Source: Callorhinchus milii (taxonomy: Eukaryota). Taken from it: DNA of 64,000 bases. The stretch lies in the NCBI RefSeq assembly GCF_018977255.1, contig NW_024704742.1, forward strand, positions 99,326,001 through 99,390,000. Direction: 5' to 3'. The translations under genes were made by a program, and so were the position numbers. The notes beneath the pieces were generated by a model. The model was not told the origin of the DNA and did not search any database. It saw nothing but the letters and a program-made list of their open reading frames with translations. Of this stretch, positions 12,641-25,957 are shown one piece after another. Position 1 is the stretch's first letter, and every line of letters starts with the position of its first letter.

Positions 12641-12880
12641 ACACTGGGAACTCTAAGCCTTGGCTTTTGCCAACCTACACCTACTATTCTATTTAAGGTA
12701 CACGTGCATTTTCTGGAGAGAGAATGCACATTCCATTCCATTCCAGACACAGACATTTACAGATGTAGGTGGGATGTATGGATCTCTCAGTCTGGTTTGA
12801 ATACTCTTAAGTATGGTGATGTTTATCCGTATGTGTCTGACATCTGGCTGACCAAAACAAAATTGGGCAATTGAGCCAAT
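12641..12880 (+). repeat. Unclassified ancient interspersed repeat (related fragments at 26345-26472 and 48290-48405)
   Basis: 12641-12773 aligns by eye to 26345-26472; exact 19-mer gacatctggctgaccaaaa at 12839 and 48367. Confidence 0.7.
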
Positions 12881-15194
12881 GGAAAAGTCTATCATGAGCA
12901 TCTCAAATTGCAAAATTTTACATTTATTATTGTCTCACACAAACATATGGTATAAACTGAATGACAGGTACCAACTTAAGAGCAATGAAGGATATGAAAA
13001 ACAAACATCTGATGTTCAGTAGCATGTAATCCAGAAACCCAGGGAGGTGGAAGGTAACATTGTGTTTTCAGAAGTTCAAGACGTTACCCAGCATGAAGGT
13101 ACCATATAAACACAAGCTGTTGTTGTTTGTAAAGAAGGAAAATTGACAGCACTAGTCTTACTCTGATTGCTATTAATTAATAATGATGAGTTCAGTCAGA
13201 AGTGAAACTACAAGACACTATGGTGTCACTGTCCAACTGCAGGGAAGTTGCATTACAAGATCACAATAGAGGTTCAACAAGAACAATAACTTACATTTAT
13301 TTTGCACCCTTCACACAGGATAGCGTTTCAGAGCACTGCACAGTACACAGTTGGATGCCGAAGAAAGGAGGAGGGGGAGGGGTGACCATAGGTTGAAGAG
13401 GTAGGTCTTAAGGTGAGATTTAAAAATAAATAAAAAGGAGGTAAGGTGGAGCGATTGAGGCAAGGATTTCCAGTGACACAGTTGCTGAAGGCACGGTTAC
13501 TAATTGTGGCATTGAGGGGTCGAGGGATACCCAGTAGGTAGAGTAATGGGGTACAAGCAAATCAAGGTTCTGATGAAGAAAGCCTTTTGACAGCTGAAAT
13601 ATGAAAATTACCCAGATACTCACATATGCTTTTTAGAAAAAGTTGTGCCAAAATTATATGCAATGTGTGTCATTTTATGGACTTCAATAAAGCAACCCAC
13701 AATATGATTAACATTCCATGACTATTTAAAATCCCCTGAAGCAATTGCAATTTCAAATTGGATCAACTCTCCATAGTCAACACATTTTATTAAAACTACA
13801 GACAATTTTCCGGGAAATAAATGATACTTCAGTTCAGTGATATTTAAAATTCAAATTCGTTTCTAAGAAGCTGCTTGCTGAGGAATTGTCTGGGCTGCTT
13901 GCCTCATGACTTTAAACTAAGAATTAACTTGAAACTTCTGAATTGCAATTGGTATGTCCGAAAGGGCCCAGTGTATTGCTGGCTGTTGTATCCTGTTTAG
14001 TCGTTGCTATGGAGTAATCACATCCTCATTGAATTGATGGGAGCGCTTCATTGCTAGGCTGTAATGTTTCTTTGAGAGAGGCGATGGTTTGTGGTTAGTA
14101 AATGGATGTTAATAGGCGCAATAATGTCTGATGTTATCTGCACACACTAGGGGTCAAGCTGAACAACGGCATGAAGTGTACACAAAGAGGGATGGTCTGA
14201 TGCATACAGTTATTCACGAGACAGAGGGGCTTTGGCATCAAGCAGGGACTGTCTGCACTTAGTGCACGCTTTAATTTGTGATTTGCAAGCTGTGTGCCAT
14301 GAGCAATCAAAGTGCCATTAAAATTCTGGAGGCAAACTTGTGATTACCGGCATTCATACCCCTGAAGGAAAGAAGCAAGTCAGAAAATAAGACACGATCC
14401 ATAATGAAGTAATCTGTATTAATAGAGTATCACACTGTGACTGCAGCATTGTGAGACTGAAGGTGGATTGTGGAAAATATGACTACCTGGGTTCTACTGC
14501 TGTGATGGATATTTTTAAGTGTACATTTACAATAGGTCTAAAAAACAAAGGTCTGAAATTTCACTTATTCTTAGCTTTCAAGAATATTTTAATAATAACA
14601 ATATTTTTTTCATTTAATATAGCACATCATATCATTGATGCATCTCAAAGCGCTTCAGAATATGTGCTATGAATTGTAATGTATTTGTATGCGTACACAG
14701 TAGCCAATTTGCACACAGAAGTGTTCCCACAAATGGCCAATTTTTGTCATTTTTAAAACATTGTCTTAATATCTGAAATTGAACAGACTTATGAAAAATC
14801 CATAAATTCAGCCGAAACTGGAAAGCTGTTTTTTTTTCGCAGCTCTTAAAACAACTGACTTCCAAATTAAGACTGGATTTCTGTGCAATCTTAAAAGTTA
14901 AGGAAAATTTGTTTTACAAGCTAAGACTAGGTAGAATTCAAACATAAATTGTAATGTATCATATATGTCCCCTTTTTAATTTATTTTTTCCACTTCTTTT
15001 TGATGCTCCCCTCATTCATGGAATGGTTTATTTCCTGTTGAGAGGCTGTTCCATGCCTTGCTTGCTCTCAGGCCTCTTTTCAAGATCATGTCCTCATTGA
15101 ATTGATGGGCCTGCTTCATTGCTAGACAGTCACGTTTGCCCAGTGAGAGAAGCAGGATTTCGATTTCAAGATTTTCTCACTCGTCTACAAGTCG

Positions 15195-15527
15195 CTTCAT
15201 GCCCTGGCACCTATCTCCCTACCTTTCTGATCTGTTTTCTCTCCACTCCAATACTTTCTGCCTCCACCCAGCTGGTTCTGGCCTCCTGTTTGACCCTTGT
15301 CCCCTCTGCTCCACCATCAACAGCCGCATTTTTAGCCACTACACCCCAAAGCTTTGGAACTCTCTCCCCCAATCTTTCTGCTTTGCCCTGTCCTTCCCTA
15401 CTTTTAGATCATGACTGAAGACCTTCCTCTTCGACTGCACGTACGGTCACATCCTTCCTCCCCGGACTCGGCGCTCTGAGACGCTGGCCCGCATAAAGGG
15501 CTCTATACAAATGCAAGTTGTTGTTTT
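15195..15527 (+). mobile_element. Older L2 3' fragment
   Basis: SPYLSDL...FSHYTPKLWNSLPQS...FRS*LKTFLF and an L2-type tail. Confidence 0.8.
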
Positions 15528-16179
15528 GCCACTGCTGCTCTGTATCTAGCCATTAGGAAATGTGCAAGGGTGGCTCAGGTTAACTTACCTTTCAGTTTTC
15601 CTGCTCCTCTCACTAGGGAAGCAGCTGGTTTCCGTTCAGCAACTCTCTCATGGCTCAGATTAGCAACTCATCATGCGGGGTAACACAAGTATAAATTAAT
15701 GTCTTGCCATTCTACAACACAGTGCATGAGTACAGCTTGCTACAATGCCTGAATACAAATTATATTAAAAATACATTGCATTTTTCACTCTTTTTTAATT
15801 AATGGAAGGAAAGCCTGAGGTTAGATTTAGTTTTTATGTTGAGATGTATAGTTTTCTTCCACACCAAATAGGTTTCTCTGTCAACACCTCAGTAACAAAA
15901 TGTAAAACAGTCAATAGTTATCACTAGCCATGAGGTGAATCCATGAAGTATGCCCATCCCAACCCCTCCCAACATTGGCCTGAAGCTGGTTCAGTTAGCT
16001 GCTCTAACCAATGTGGAGTGGGGCTGCCATTGGTGCCCGCTGCAGAGATAGCATCTTAAAAATCTTTAATTCTCTCCTCAGTCAGATGCACCCTGCAGAA
16101 GGCACGGTAACACCCCAGAATTTTAGCCCAATCGTCCGTGCTTCAAACTATTGACACTTCAAAAGGTTATGCTTGAAGG

Positions 16180-16290
16180 CTCAGTTGAGGAAGGGCAGGA
16201 GGAGGCTCATGTGGAGCATAAACACCGGTATAGACCAGTTGGGCCGAATGCCTGTTTCTGTGCTGTATATTCTAATGTATTCTAATGTGT
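16180..16290 (+). mobile_element. CR1-type LINE 3' tail
   Basis: gaccagttgggccgaatgcctgtttctgtgctgtat followed by (attctaatgt)2 terminal repeats. Confidence 0.75.
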
Positions 16291-16839
16291 TCAAGAATAC
16301 GCCTTTGACACCACCAGCAAAGTGTAACCCCACCACTGTTTGGGTGATGTTGATGTAGAACATTCCAAAAAATGGCTTCAATTTCAGTACAAAGGATTGA
16401 GAAGGACTCTCTTGAATTCCCCCTTGGATTCTTTGCTACAGACATATAGTCAGTAGTGTTAAACTGTGTTGACAGGGACTGTAATTTGACAGGTAGAGCT
16501 AATTAATTCAATGTTCCATCATATAAATATTAAATTCGCATCTACCAAGGAATTTCATCAATATTGCAAAGCTGGAGCTGATTCTAATAGAGAACAGCAA
16601 ATCAGGCCCTCTATCCTGCATTATTAAATCAGGAGACAATGATCAGTTAATCTCGGGCCCAAAATTTCACCTTGTTTTAGCCAATAAAACCATTCTGTCT
16701 TATAATTTAAGATCGCACGGAAGGAATGGAAAATTCCTAAATTCAGTCTGAATTTGGAAGCCAATTAATTTTTAAGAACTGTGGAAATCAAGTCACCAAT
16801 AATGGGTTGGAAAGAGTGAGAAATGAGAAATAGACCAAT

Positions 16840-16985
16840 AGGCCTGGGCAGGAGAATAGGGCTGGAAGAGATTGCAATATAATGAAGGAATTTGAAAGTC
16901 AAAATGAGACTCTTGAATTTGATCTGCTGCACAACTGGGAGCCAGTGGAGCCTGGCAAGAGTGGAGGTAAAGGGTGCACAATTGT
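16840..16985 (-). mobile_element. L2 ORF2 fragment
   Basis: Reverse complement of the LARLHWLPVVQQIKFKSLILTF region. Confidence 0.7.
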
Positions 16986-17117
16986 TTATAGTTCAAATTA
17001 GATCAAATACTTTTACTTGGTCACTAGCACAGATTATCAAGTTCTTTCCTGTCTTTCTCTCTCTTTTCCTCTCCTCTGGTAGTATTTGGTGTTTTGTTGT
17101 GAAATTGGCTGCACTTG

Positions 17118-17442
17118 TAATAATAATAATCCTTAAATTTGATATAACCCCTTATCACATCATTAAGATGTTTCAAAGTACTTCACAGCATATATTGTAA
17201 AGTGGATTGTGTATTATGTGGCTGCTAATTGAACACAGCCAGTGTCCCACAAACAGTTGTGGACTGAGTGACCACATTTTTTATTTTAGAGGGATTATTA
17301 CCCCTGGAAAGCAATCCGCCAATCAACTAACAACTGGGTCCCTACTTGCTGCTAGGCGTGTAGAGTAAGGAAACTTGACTAACGTTTCACCCCAATCTTG
17401 CTTGCAGGGCGAGCCGTTAACCACTACGCTACTGGACTCCAC
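17118..17442 (-). mobile_element. Older long-form tRNA-Ala SINE
   Basis: Diverged head (gtggagtccagtagcgtagtggttaac), extra internal segment (agcagcaagtaggg...gttgttagttgattggcggatt), shared tail. Confidence 0.8.
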
Positions 17443-20087
17443 TTGTATAATAAGTATCTTGAAGATACTGTAATCACTGAAGTCCATATGAAGTCCTGAA
17501 CCTACATGTCTGTCAATAGCTTTCTGTTTTAGTTTCTGTTTTATTGATTATTTTTGGAACTTTTTCATTTGTTAGGTGATTCAATTGTAAGACAACTAGT
17601 TTCGCTCCTTTGCTCTTCCATTGAAAACAGCAGGAATGCAAACGTGCACAGGGTGATCATCCCGCCTGGGGCAAAAGGTAATTTTCCTGCATTCTTGGGC
17701 TCATTGTCAGTCAATAAGAGTCTGTACGTACATATGGTATCCAGAACATGATCACCTCTTTTTTAAAAGAAAGAAGAAAGAGCTTGAATTTTATTGCACC
17801 TGAACCCATTGAAACAACTCAAAGCACTTTCTAATAACTATTGTCAAGTATGATGATTATTTTTGTAGGCAAACAGCACAGCAAAATCTCACACACAGCC
17901 ATGACTAATGATTAACTGCCCTGGAGGCTCACACAAAGTGACATCAGGAACATTTTTCTTTTCAAATATTGCCACGGGATCTTCATCCATTTGAACAGGC
18001 GGATTGGACCTTGACTTTGTTTAACATATTATCAGAAGGATGGCAAATATAGTCATTACACTTTACGACTTTACCGGGAGGAATCCTGTCAACTGCAAGG
18101 ATTATTGTTATGTTCAGAAAAAGATGCCCCCAAATATACTTTCAACTCAACAAATTTGTAGGAATCCATGGAAGTCTTTTAGGATGTGGACAAGATATTG
18201 GGAAAGAGGAGGATCTCAAAAGAGTCATCAGGTCAAGCTGATCAAAGGAACTGTCCCCAGTTCCTCACAGGACAAAGACCTGGCGTGTGCACAACACACC
18301 AGAAGTGATGTCAGGAGTGACATGGCATCCCAGAAGTTAGCCAGTTTTCGCCTTTGCTTATAACGCAGAGCCTGGAATATTGGAACCAAACGACCACATT
18401 ATAACAGAGGGGAAGTTGCCCTATGTGTACGGTTTCCATTTGTCTAGTATGGAGAGTAGTACACTCTGTCTCCCCAGAGGGACACAAGATAATGGACATA
18501 AACTTTCCCTCTCTGAACATTTTCACTCTGCGTATCAAAGGATAAAATGAATTAAGGCCAGGAGCATGATATCAGAGGACAATTTTGCATATTAAATCTA
18601 AATACGTTCGGAGCCTGGAGTGTTTCTTCCTAAATGATATGTGAAATTGCAGCAGCCTCAAGAAAATAAAAGTATGCAAATAGAGCGCATAAAATATCTT
18701 GTCAGGGAAAAAAAACACTTGAAAACGATATTACAGACAGTAGAGCTGTCTGTTTTATCACATGTGAGCAGAGTCACAGCAAGGAACTGGATCCCTGCTG
18801 CTTTAATTCTAGTCGCAATGCAACTCATTTGAAGTGCATAGGAATTATATGTTCCCTGCGAAAAAAACGTAATAGGTAGGAAAATGTAATTACTGAGAAT
18901 AAATTGTGCAGTGCAGGTAATCTAATAAATAGAATTACTTGCAATGAAAATTTAGTTGCTATTAACCAAAAAGTGACACTCCCAACAACCATTCTGCAGA
19001 GACACAAAGGTACCAAACAATGAAGATATGCAAATTATACTTGTGACACAGATTACATGCTGTTAATATCATTAGCATCATGTTTACATATTTCTAAATT
19101 CAGATTTTGTTCCAAATTACTTTTACTATAATCGAGAGGTTTATTTTGAATCAACTAAAAACCTAACTCTTAGACTTCACCCACGGTCATCTCCCCCTCC
19201 CTTGCTCATCCCTTGTGAAGGGCTCCAAGACATGAAGACGGCTATATAAATGCAAATTGTTATTGTTGTTGAACTGAACTGTAACAGTACTAATAATTCT
19301 TGCATTTGATATAGCGCCTTATCTGGTCTTCGAGAAGTCTCAAAGTGTTTCACAGAATATACTGTTAAATGAATTGACTATATTTTGTGAGAGAAACAAA
19401 TGCATCTCGTTACTGTAACTTTGGGGAGGTATTTGTGGTACGTGATGTGATCATTATCACAGAATACAGAATTTGCTGTCCTTTTAGTCCAGACTTGATT
19501 AACTGATGTAAGTTGCCCAAGCTTCATCCCAAACCCTTGAATGTGTCAAAGAATTACATCACCCTCCAAATCATTTGTTATTCTCTGATCTATTAAACAC
19601 TTAAAGTGAACTGATGTAATTTAGCAACTATTACACTGTACCAAGTGAGACAACATTATATTAGTCAATGCTTAATAACCGATGTTTATTGGTGATCGAG
19701 CTTATTACATTATGCTAACAAGAGCTTTTGATTTGGTTATAATCTTCATTGGAATTATTTTTGGGGGAAATTTCTTTGTGTCTGTAATTGAACGCGCACT
19801 CTCTCCCCTGAGGGAAGCGCACTGCTTAATTAATTTAGAAAATTATTAGGAGGAGGTGGTGAGAGCCAAGGTTTGGTTATCCCAGATTGTATGTTGGGAT
19901 ACTGCCAGAGTTCAACCACAGAGTACCACTTCACTGAAATATGACCAGAGAGTTGTTATTTATTGTTGTTATTAACTTCAGTCTGTTGCTCAACTTCCCT
20001 AGCTTTAGGGAGCAATTAATCTGCTGGATCTCTTACAGACCAATTTCCTCAAGGATGGTGTCCATGATGTAGAAACAAGATCTAACT

Positions 20088-20406
20088 GTGGAGTCCTGTA
20101 GCTCAGTTTTTAGAGCACTCGCTTTGCAAGCGAGAGACCTGGGTTCAATTCCAGGCAGGGCGAAACCTTGGGCAAGTTTCCTTACTCCACACGCCTAATA
20201 ATAATCCCTCAAAAAAATTCATAAATTGGTCACTTCAATCCATGACTATTTGTGGGACACTGCTGTGCACAATTGGCTGCCACGTTTCACCCACATAATA
20301 TGCAGTCAATTCACTTTACAGTATATTCTGTGAAGCGCTTTGAGACGCCTAGAAGACGTGAAAAGCGCTATATCAAATGCAAGGACTATTATTATTATAT
20401 TATTAT
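20088..20406 (+). mobile_element. Full-length young tRNA-Ala SINE (TAGAA-loop type)
   Basis: Same structure as 3955-4274. Confidence 0.95.
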
Positions 20407-20789
20407 GGTGATAACCTTATGTATAGGGTTTTCAAGTCTCCACAGATAAGTTCTATGGTGCATTTGCAAGATTGAGGTTGATGCTCGGGTGGTTTGTGTG
20501 TTAGTAATTAGCATGAGGGAAGATTGTGAGGACCCGGATTGTTGCTAAGGACCTCAGTGTGCTAGGGTTGAGATGTACTGTCTCAATGACTCAGAGAATG
20601 GTAGAGTAGGTTCCTTGAATTGAATTCCAGGCATCTGCAACTGTACTGAATGACAGCATTTCTCTGGGGACACTGAACCTGCAGCTTTCTCAAAGATTAC
20701 TTTGGTCTGCAAATCAAGTAGAATATCTCTCTTCCTCCAAGAATCTCCTTTTGCCGTTTTTCCTCTCTTACTCAATCTCTTGGGCATCA

Positions 20790-21100
20790 GCCTGCCTTAG
20801 TTAGTCGCACTCTTCCACTGCGTCAGAAGGTTATGGATTCAAGCATCACTTCAGGGCTTGAACATACCTGACAACTATCTGCTCCCCCACTAGTGCACTG
20901 ATTGTCAGAGGTGCAGTCCTTTAGATGAGACATTGAAAAGAAAAAAGAGTTTCTCCTGGCCAACAGTTCCCCGATAAAATTGGTCATTACCTTCACGGCT
21001 GGGAACTAGCTGTGCACAAATTAACTGCTGCAGTTTCCTATGATACAAAGTCGCTACACTTGACAAAATTTGAAATTGAGCATGATAAGGAGATGTAAAT
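20790..21100 (+). mobile_element. Old Deu-domain SINE
   Basis: gccttagttagtcgcactcttccactgcgtcagaaggttatggattcaagc head; tagatgagacattgaa core start; shared tail. Confidence 0.7.
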
Positions 21101-21589
21101 TCTTTCTTGCTTTCTCTGTAGCCATAAAAGATCAGGGATCAATGCATTCACCTTAGAGATCTGTAAAGTCAATATGTAATGTGACCAAAACAGGATCTAA
21201 TATGGTTCAATCTTCTTTAGATCTGGCTTGAGGTACTGTGTGGAATAGATGAATGTAATGTTCAAAATTGGACTTCTTCTTGTTTTAGATGTGACTGCTT
21301 CCAGTGATTGACTAGGTCAGTGCATCAGTTGACAATTCTAATTCATTGTAGGTGCAGATAGTTCAGTGCGGGAATGTAGATTGACAGCAATTACACTGCA
21401 GAGGCATTGTAGCCGACAAGCATACTGAAACATTACCATGCTCAAGTAATTAAAGACATAAACATTTCAACAAAACATGTCAACTGAAAGTGTCTTCAAA
21501 ACAAATTCATTGACTTTGGAAATGAATTTCCTGTGGATTTAATCAAATGACCATTAATGCTCAAAATGGGAAAAATACACACATGTAGA

Positions 21590-22155
21590 ATAATAATCCT
21601 TGTATTTGATATAGCTCCTTACATATCATTGAAACATCTCAAAGCGCTTCATAGCAAAACCTCCGAAGTGTAGTGACTGTGCATTTGTAGGTGAGTGCAG
21701 CAGCCAATTTGTGCACAGCAGTGTCCCAGTCTCAAATGGTGCAACATTCATCGATGAATCATGGACTTAATGTGAATATTTATCATTATGGATTGTAACT
21801 CCAGCACAACCAAATACTTTGATAAATGGCCAAGTTTCCTTTTGGGTGCTATATAGATGAGACATTGAAACCATTTCCCCCTCCTCGCTCCCTCCCTCCC
21901 TTCCCTCCCCTCCCCCTGACCATTTCCCCCCTGCTCGGGTCCTGACCCAACTGTACAGCGCCTTGGGACGTCCTCCCGACGTGAAAGGCGCTCAATAAAT
22001 GGAATCTTGTTGTTGTTGTTGTTGTTGTTGTATTGTTCTTGCCTCTTCTCCCAGCAGCTGTAAAGCACATTAATGCAGTAAACTTTTGAAATGAGTGACC
22101 ATTTCTATTTTGGGGCTTCTTTGTCAGGATACACGGAGAAACTCCCTTCTCTTAA
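21590..22155 (-). mobile_element. Old SINE split by a duplicated segment that itself carries an L2 tail
   Basis: SINE pieces at 21590-21728 and ~22090-22155 are colinear and flank a copy of 22582-22776. Confidence 0.7.
21870..22030 (+). mobile_element. Young L2 3' tail
   Basis: C-rich UTR, cagcgccttgggacgtcctcccgacgtgaaaggcgct stem-loop, long (TTG)n. Confidence 0.88.
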
Positions 22156-25100
22156 GTACAATGATAAAGGATAAAACAGTGGTATGATTCAGGCAGTAAC
22201 ACATGGATACTCAGAGCTAATTTGCAAGGTTGGGTTAACCATGTGAAAGTGCATCCAAGTGTGCTTAATTATGTATTCTACAAGCAATGAAATTATTATA
22301 GGGTCATATACAGAATTGTGTACAGAATAATATACAAAATTATGTACAGGATCACACTGCCATCTTGAAATTCCATTTAGTAGAGGTACAAGATTAACTC
22401 TTACACTTCCAACTGGTTCAGGGACATTCCAACCCCTTTCTGTCATCCAGACAGGAACTGGTTGAAAATGGCTTTTAACCAATGTTAGCCACACAGCTCA
22501 TTAGTAAAGTGCAGCAATATGTTTCATAATACTTGCCCAAGACTGACCTGGATGAGTTAAATCCACAGGGGTTATTTCAGCCTCAAATGGTGCAAAAATC
22601 ATCAATGAATTATGGACTCAGTGTGAATATTTAGCAATATGGATTGTAACTCCAGACAAGGCAAATATTTTGATAAATTGACAAATTTCCCTTTGGCTGC
22701 TGTATCGAAAAATTCTGCTCTTGCACTTTATTCTCTATCAGCGGCTATAAAGCACATTAATGCAGTAAACTTTTGACAGTAGTCAAAGAGGAGCAGTTCT
22801 AGTTGCAATATTAATAAACCATGCGATTAATATTGTATTACACTGGGGCACCAAAACATCTTTTTATGAAAGAGAATTTCTCTTGCATTTGGGTTGCATG
22901 CACTAGCCTTTCTTTATTCAACTGATATATACGTTGACCTCTGATATAATATGCATTACTCAAGATTCTCTCTGAAATACAGAGTCTGCACAATGCACTT
23001 TCTCAATAACAAGCCTGCACCGATAACATGGGATTTATGGCTCCCAGAGACCATCTAAAGGCTAGAGATAGATCACTAAAGTGTATGTGGTCTCTCACTG
23101 TTCAGGAGATATGAAGGTGACCACTGTGTTTGAGTATAACTGCATTTTCTGTGGCTGAAATGTAAATGCAGTCGCAAAGTGAAAATCTAAAAGCATTTTA
23201 CATAATGCATTTACAATAGTTTGTAAATGGATGGTGTAAATGTTATTGCGGCAGCCATATAATGATTTAAATTCAGCTAAACAGACAAGCTGCCAAAATT
23301 CAATTAAAATGAAATAGCGCTTGTTCAGGGACAAAGGTTTAATTATGTTTCTGGGACGCCAATCATTAAGTGTTTACGAGCCATGATTGTTTTATAATAA
23401 AAAACAATGTTCAATAATAAAAGATGTTGTTGCAAAGTTAGCATTCAGCAAACCACCACAGTGGCGTAGAATGTACCCACAGGGATACATTCACACAATG
23501 CTCATGCACACAACATTTGCCCATATACCAGGGTACAATAGATGCATTTTTGTTATTAGCGATGTGCAGATATCCACAGGGTTGGCAACAGACTGCAATA
23601 ACTGTCAAATGCTGGCAACTCCTGTTCTGTTATATTAATATACTTTTCCCTCTCTTTGACCCTGTCGCCAGTATATTTAACAGCATGAATGCACAGATGT
23701 GTGGTGCAATGGTTATGTGGATTAAATGAGTCAGATAGATATTGCATATGTTATTATGTCTAATAGTACTGCTTATTCGTATTTATGATGAAAAGCTTTT
23801 TTGATCTGGGAGTCTGCAGGGCACTCAGATCTGTAAGGGGCTCAAAATCTGTCCTTGCCTCTGTCCCATTGTCTCCGCACTTCCAGAGGGAACATGACAT
23901 TTTGTGTATGTATGAAATGCTGTTACAGATTTATTTCCATGATCTCTGGCTATCAGGTACGCCTGAATATCAAAGGCTTTCTCTTGGCACTTTCCTCCCA
24001 GCTCCGTTACCTTTATTGGGCTAGCAGAGAATGCAAAAGTAAACGTATGATGATGCTTCTTGTACATCTGATGCCATTGCACTATTGACACCTGTGGAAT
24101 GGCTCCTGCACTGACCCTTCACATTCTGCAGAGGAAATGGGAAATAGAATCTGACTCAGAGTCGAGGGTCTCTTGGATTCTATACTGGGAAAATTGCTTA
24201 TTTTACAATGCAAGTTGCCTCACAGTTGTGGGCTTTCTTCAGGAGACAGATTTGTAATGTAAATGAGATTACATTATGGCATGAATTAGTTGCCGCTTCT
24301 CATTCTGTCTTTAAATCCCTCCTCAAAACCTACCACTTCAAAAGCGCCTAAGGCCACTTCCCCCTCCCCTCACACCCTTCTCTTACTCGGGATCCAACTC
24401 CGTCCTTGTAAAGTGCTCCAAGCCGTTGCTCTACACAAAGGACTATATATAAATGTCGGTTGTTGCTATTGCTATCCAAATCTACTTTACGCTATCTGAA
24501 CTTATTGGTTCAGCAACCTATTTATTTCCAGTCATTGCATCCCAGGCCATATGTAATTCCAGTCAATCAAAGTGTTGATTGATCTGCTTTGTAGAGCACA
24601 CAAAGCCCAGTATCCCACCAGCAAATACATATTTATGAGAAATCGTTCAAAATCTGGAGTTATCAGGCTGGAAATAGCCTAAAACTGTGCAAAATAAATG
24701 CAGATAATTCCTGCAGAATACAGGAATTATCACTTGCATTTATTAATAAAGCAAGAAACTGAATCCAGTTTGGGATTCCTTACTCCTTCAAGTCAAGTTG
24801 TCAAACATTTCCTCCTTAAAAAATATTGCAAGTTCTCTAGATTTGTGAGAATTAGATGGTACTCTGGTGATAACAGCAGGTGTATCACTTAAAATGAGAT
24901 AAAGGTACAATAACAGTGCCTTGGGAGTGAAATGCAGAAAAAAAAATTCTCCAGTGCTCAATGGTAGAATCTCTCCCATTATACTACAAATTGTTGCAAA
25001 CTGGGCCCTGAAACTTTCATTTTAATAACTCCTCCATTTTGATCCAGTTACCCTGACCATCTGATTCCTTCCCTTCCCCTGAACTTCTCTTGTGATCTTG

Positions 25101-25636
25101 TGGAACCTGCTAAAATAGTCATGAGCATTGTTGAGTTTATTTCTGTGAACTGGGTCCTGGAGCACTGCACTTCCAGCTTGAGCATTTTTGAGAGTTTTGT
25201 TCAGTTAAAAAATCACTAAACAGCAGTTGAATATGAGTGATGCTCAGAACTGGATTCACAGATGCCTCCATAGAAAATGTCATCGTGAGGGTGGAGAGGG
25301 GGGTGGCAGGGGGAGAGGGGGAAGTTTGCCTTCACATCTGGATAAAACAGAAGCTTACCTAATATGTGAACATGGTTCCCATAACAAGCAGTTGTATTAA
25401 TAGAGAAACACAGACTTCTGAGGAACAGAACTAGGACTAGAGATTTAAAACACTTATTCATAATCATCTTAGATTAAACCAAAGAAAACTGATGCTTAAT
25501 AATTAGCTGGACAACTGAGATCTCACAATCCTTGGTAATGGTGGTGGTGGATATTGACTGGTTCATAAAAGTTTATTGAATTCATTCTCCACATCCCTCA
25601 TAAACCCAGAAGACCACACATCCAGAGGTTTCTATC

Positions 25637-25957
25637 AATAATAATAATAATAATAATTCTTACATTTGATATAGCGTATTTCACGTCGGGAGGACGTTCC
25701 AAAGCGCTTCACAGAACACACTGTAAAGTGAATTGACTGTATATTTGTGGGCGAACGCGGCAGCCAATTGCGCACAGCAATGTCCCACAAACAGTCGTAG
25801 ATTGAAGATGATCAATTTATTATTGTTTTTGGTTTTGGAGGGATTATTATTAGGCGTGTGGAGTAAGGAAACTTGCCCAAGGTTTCGCCCTGCCGGGAAT
25901 TGAACTCAGGTCTCTCGCTTGCAAAGCGAGTGCTCTAACCACTGAGCTACAGGACTC
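25637..25957 (-). mobile_element. Full-length young tRNA-Ala SINE (CTCCC-loop type)
   Basis: Reverse complement of the 3955 element. Confidence 0.95.

Noticed and set aside
22307..22350. Short 12-bp-period repeat, plus (TATAAT)n near 41770 and an 18-bp tandem near 27725
   Set aside because: Ordinary slippage-derived simple repeats
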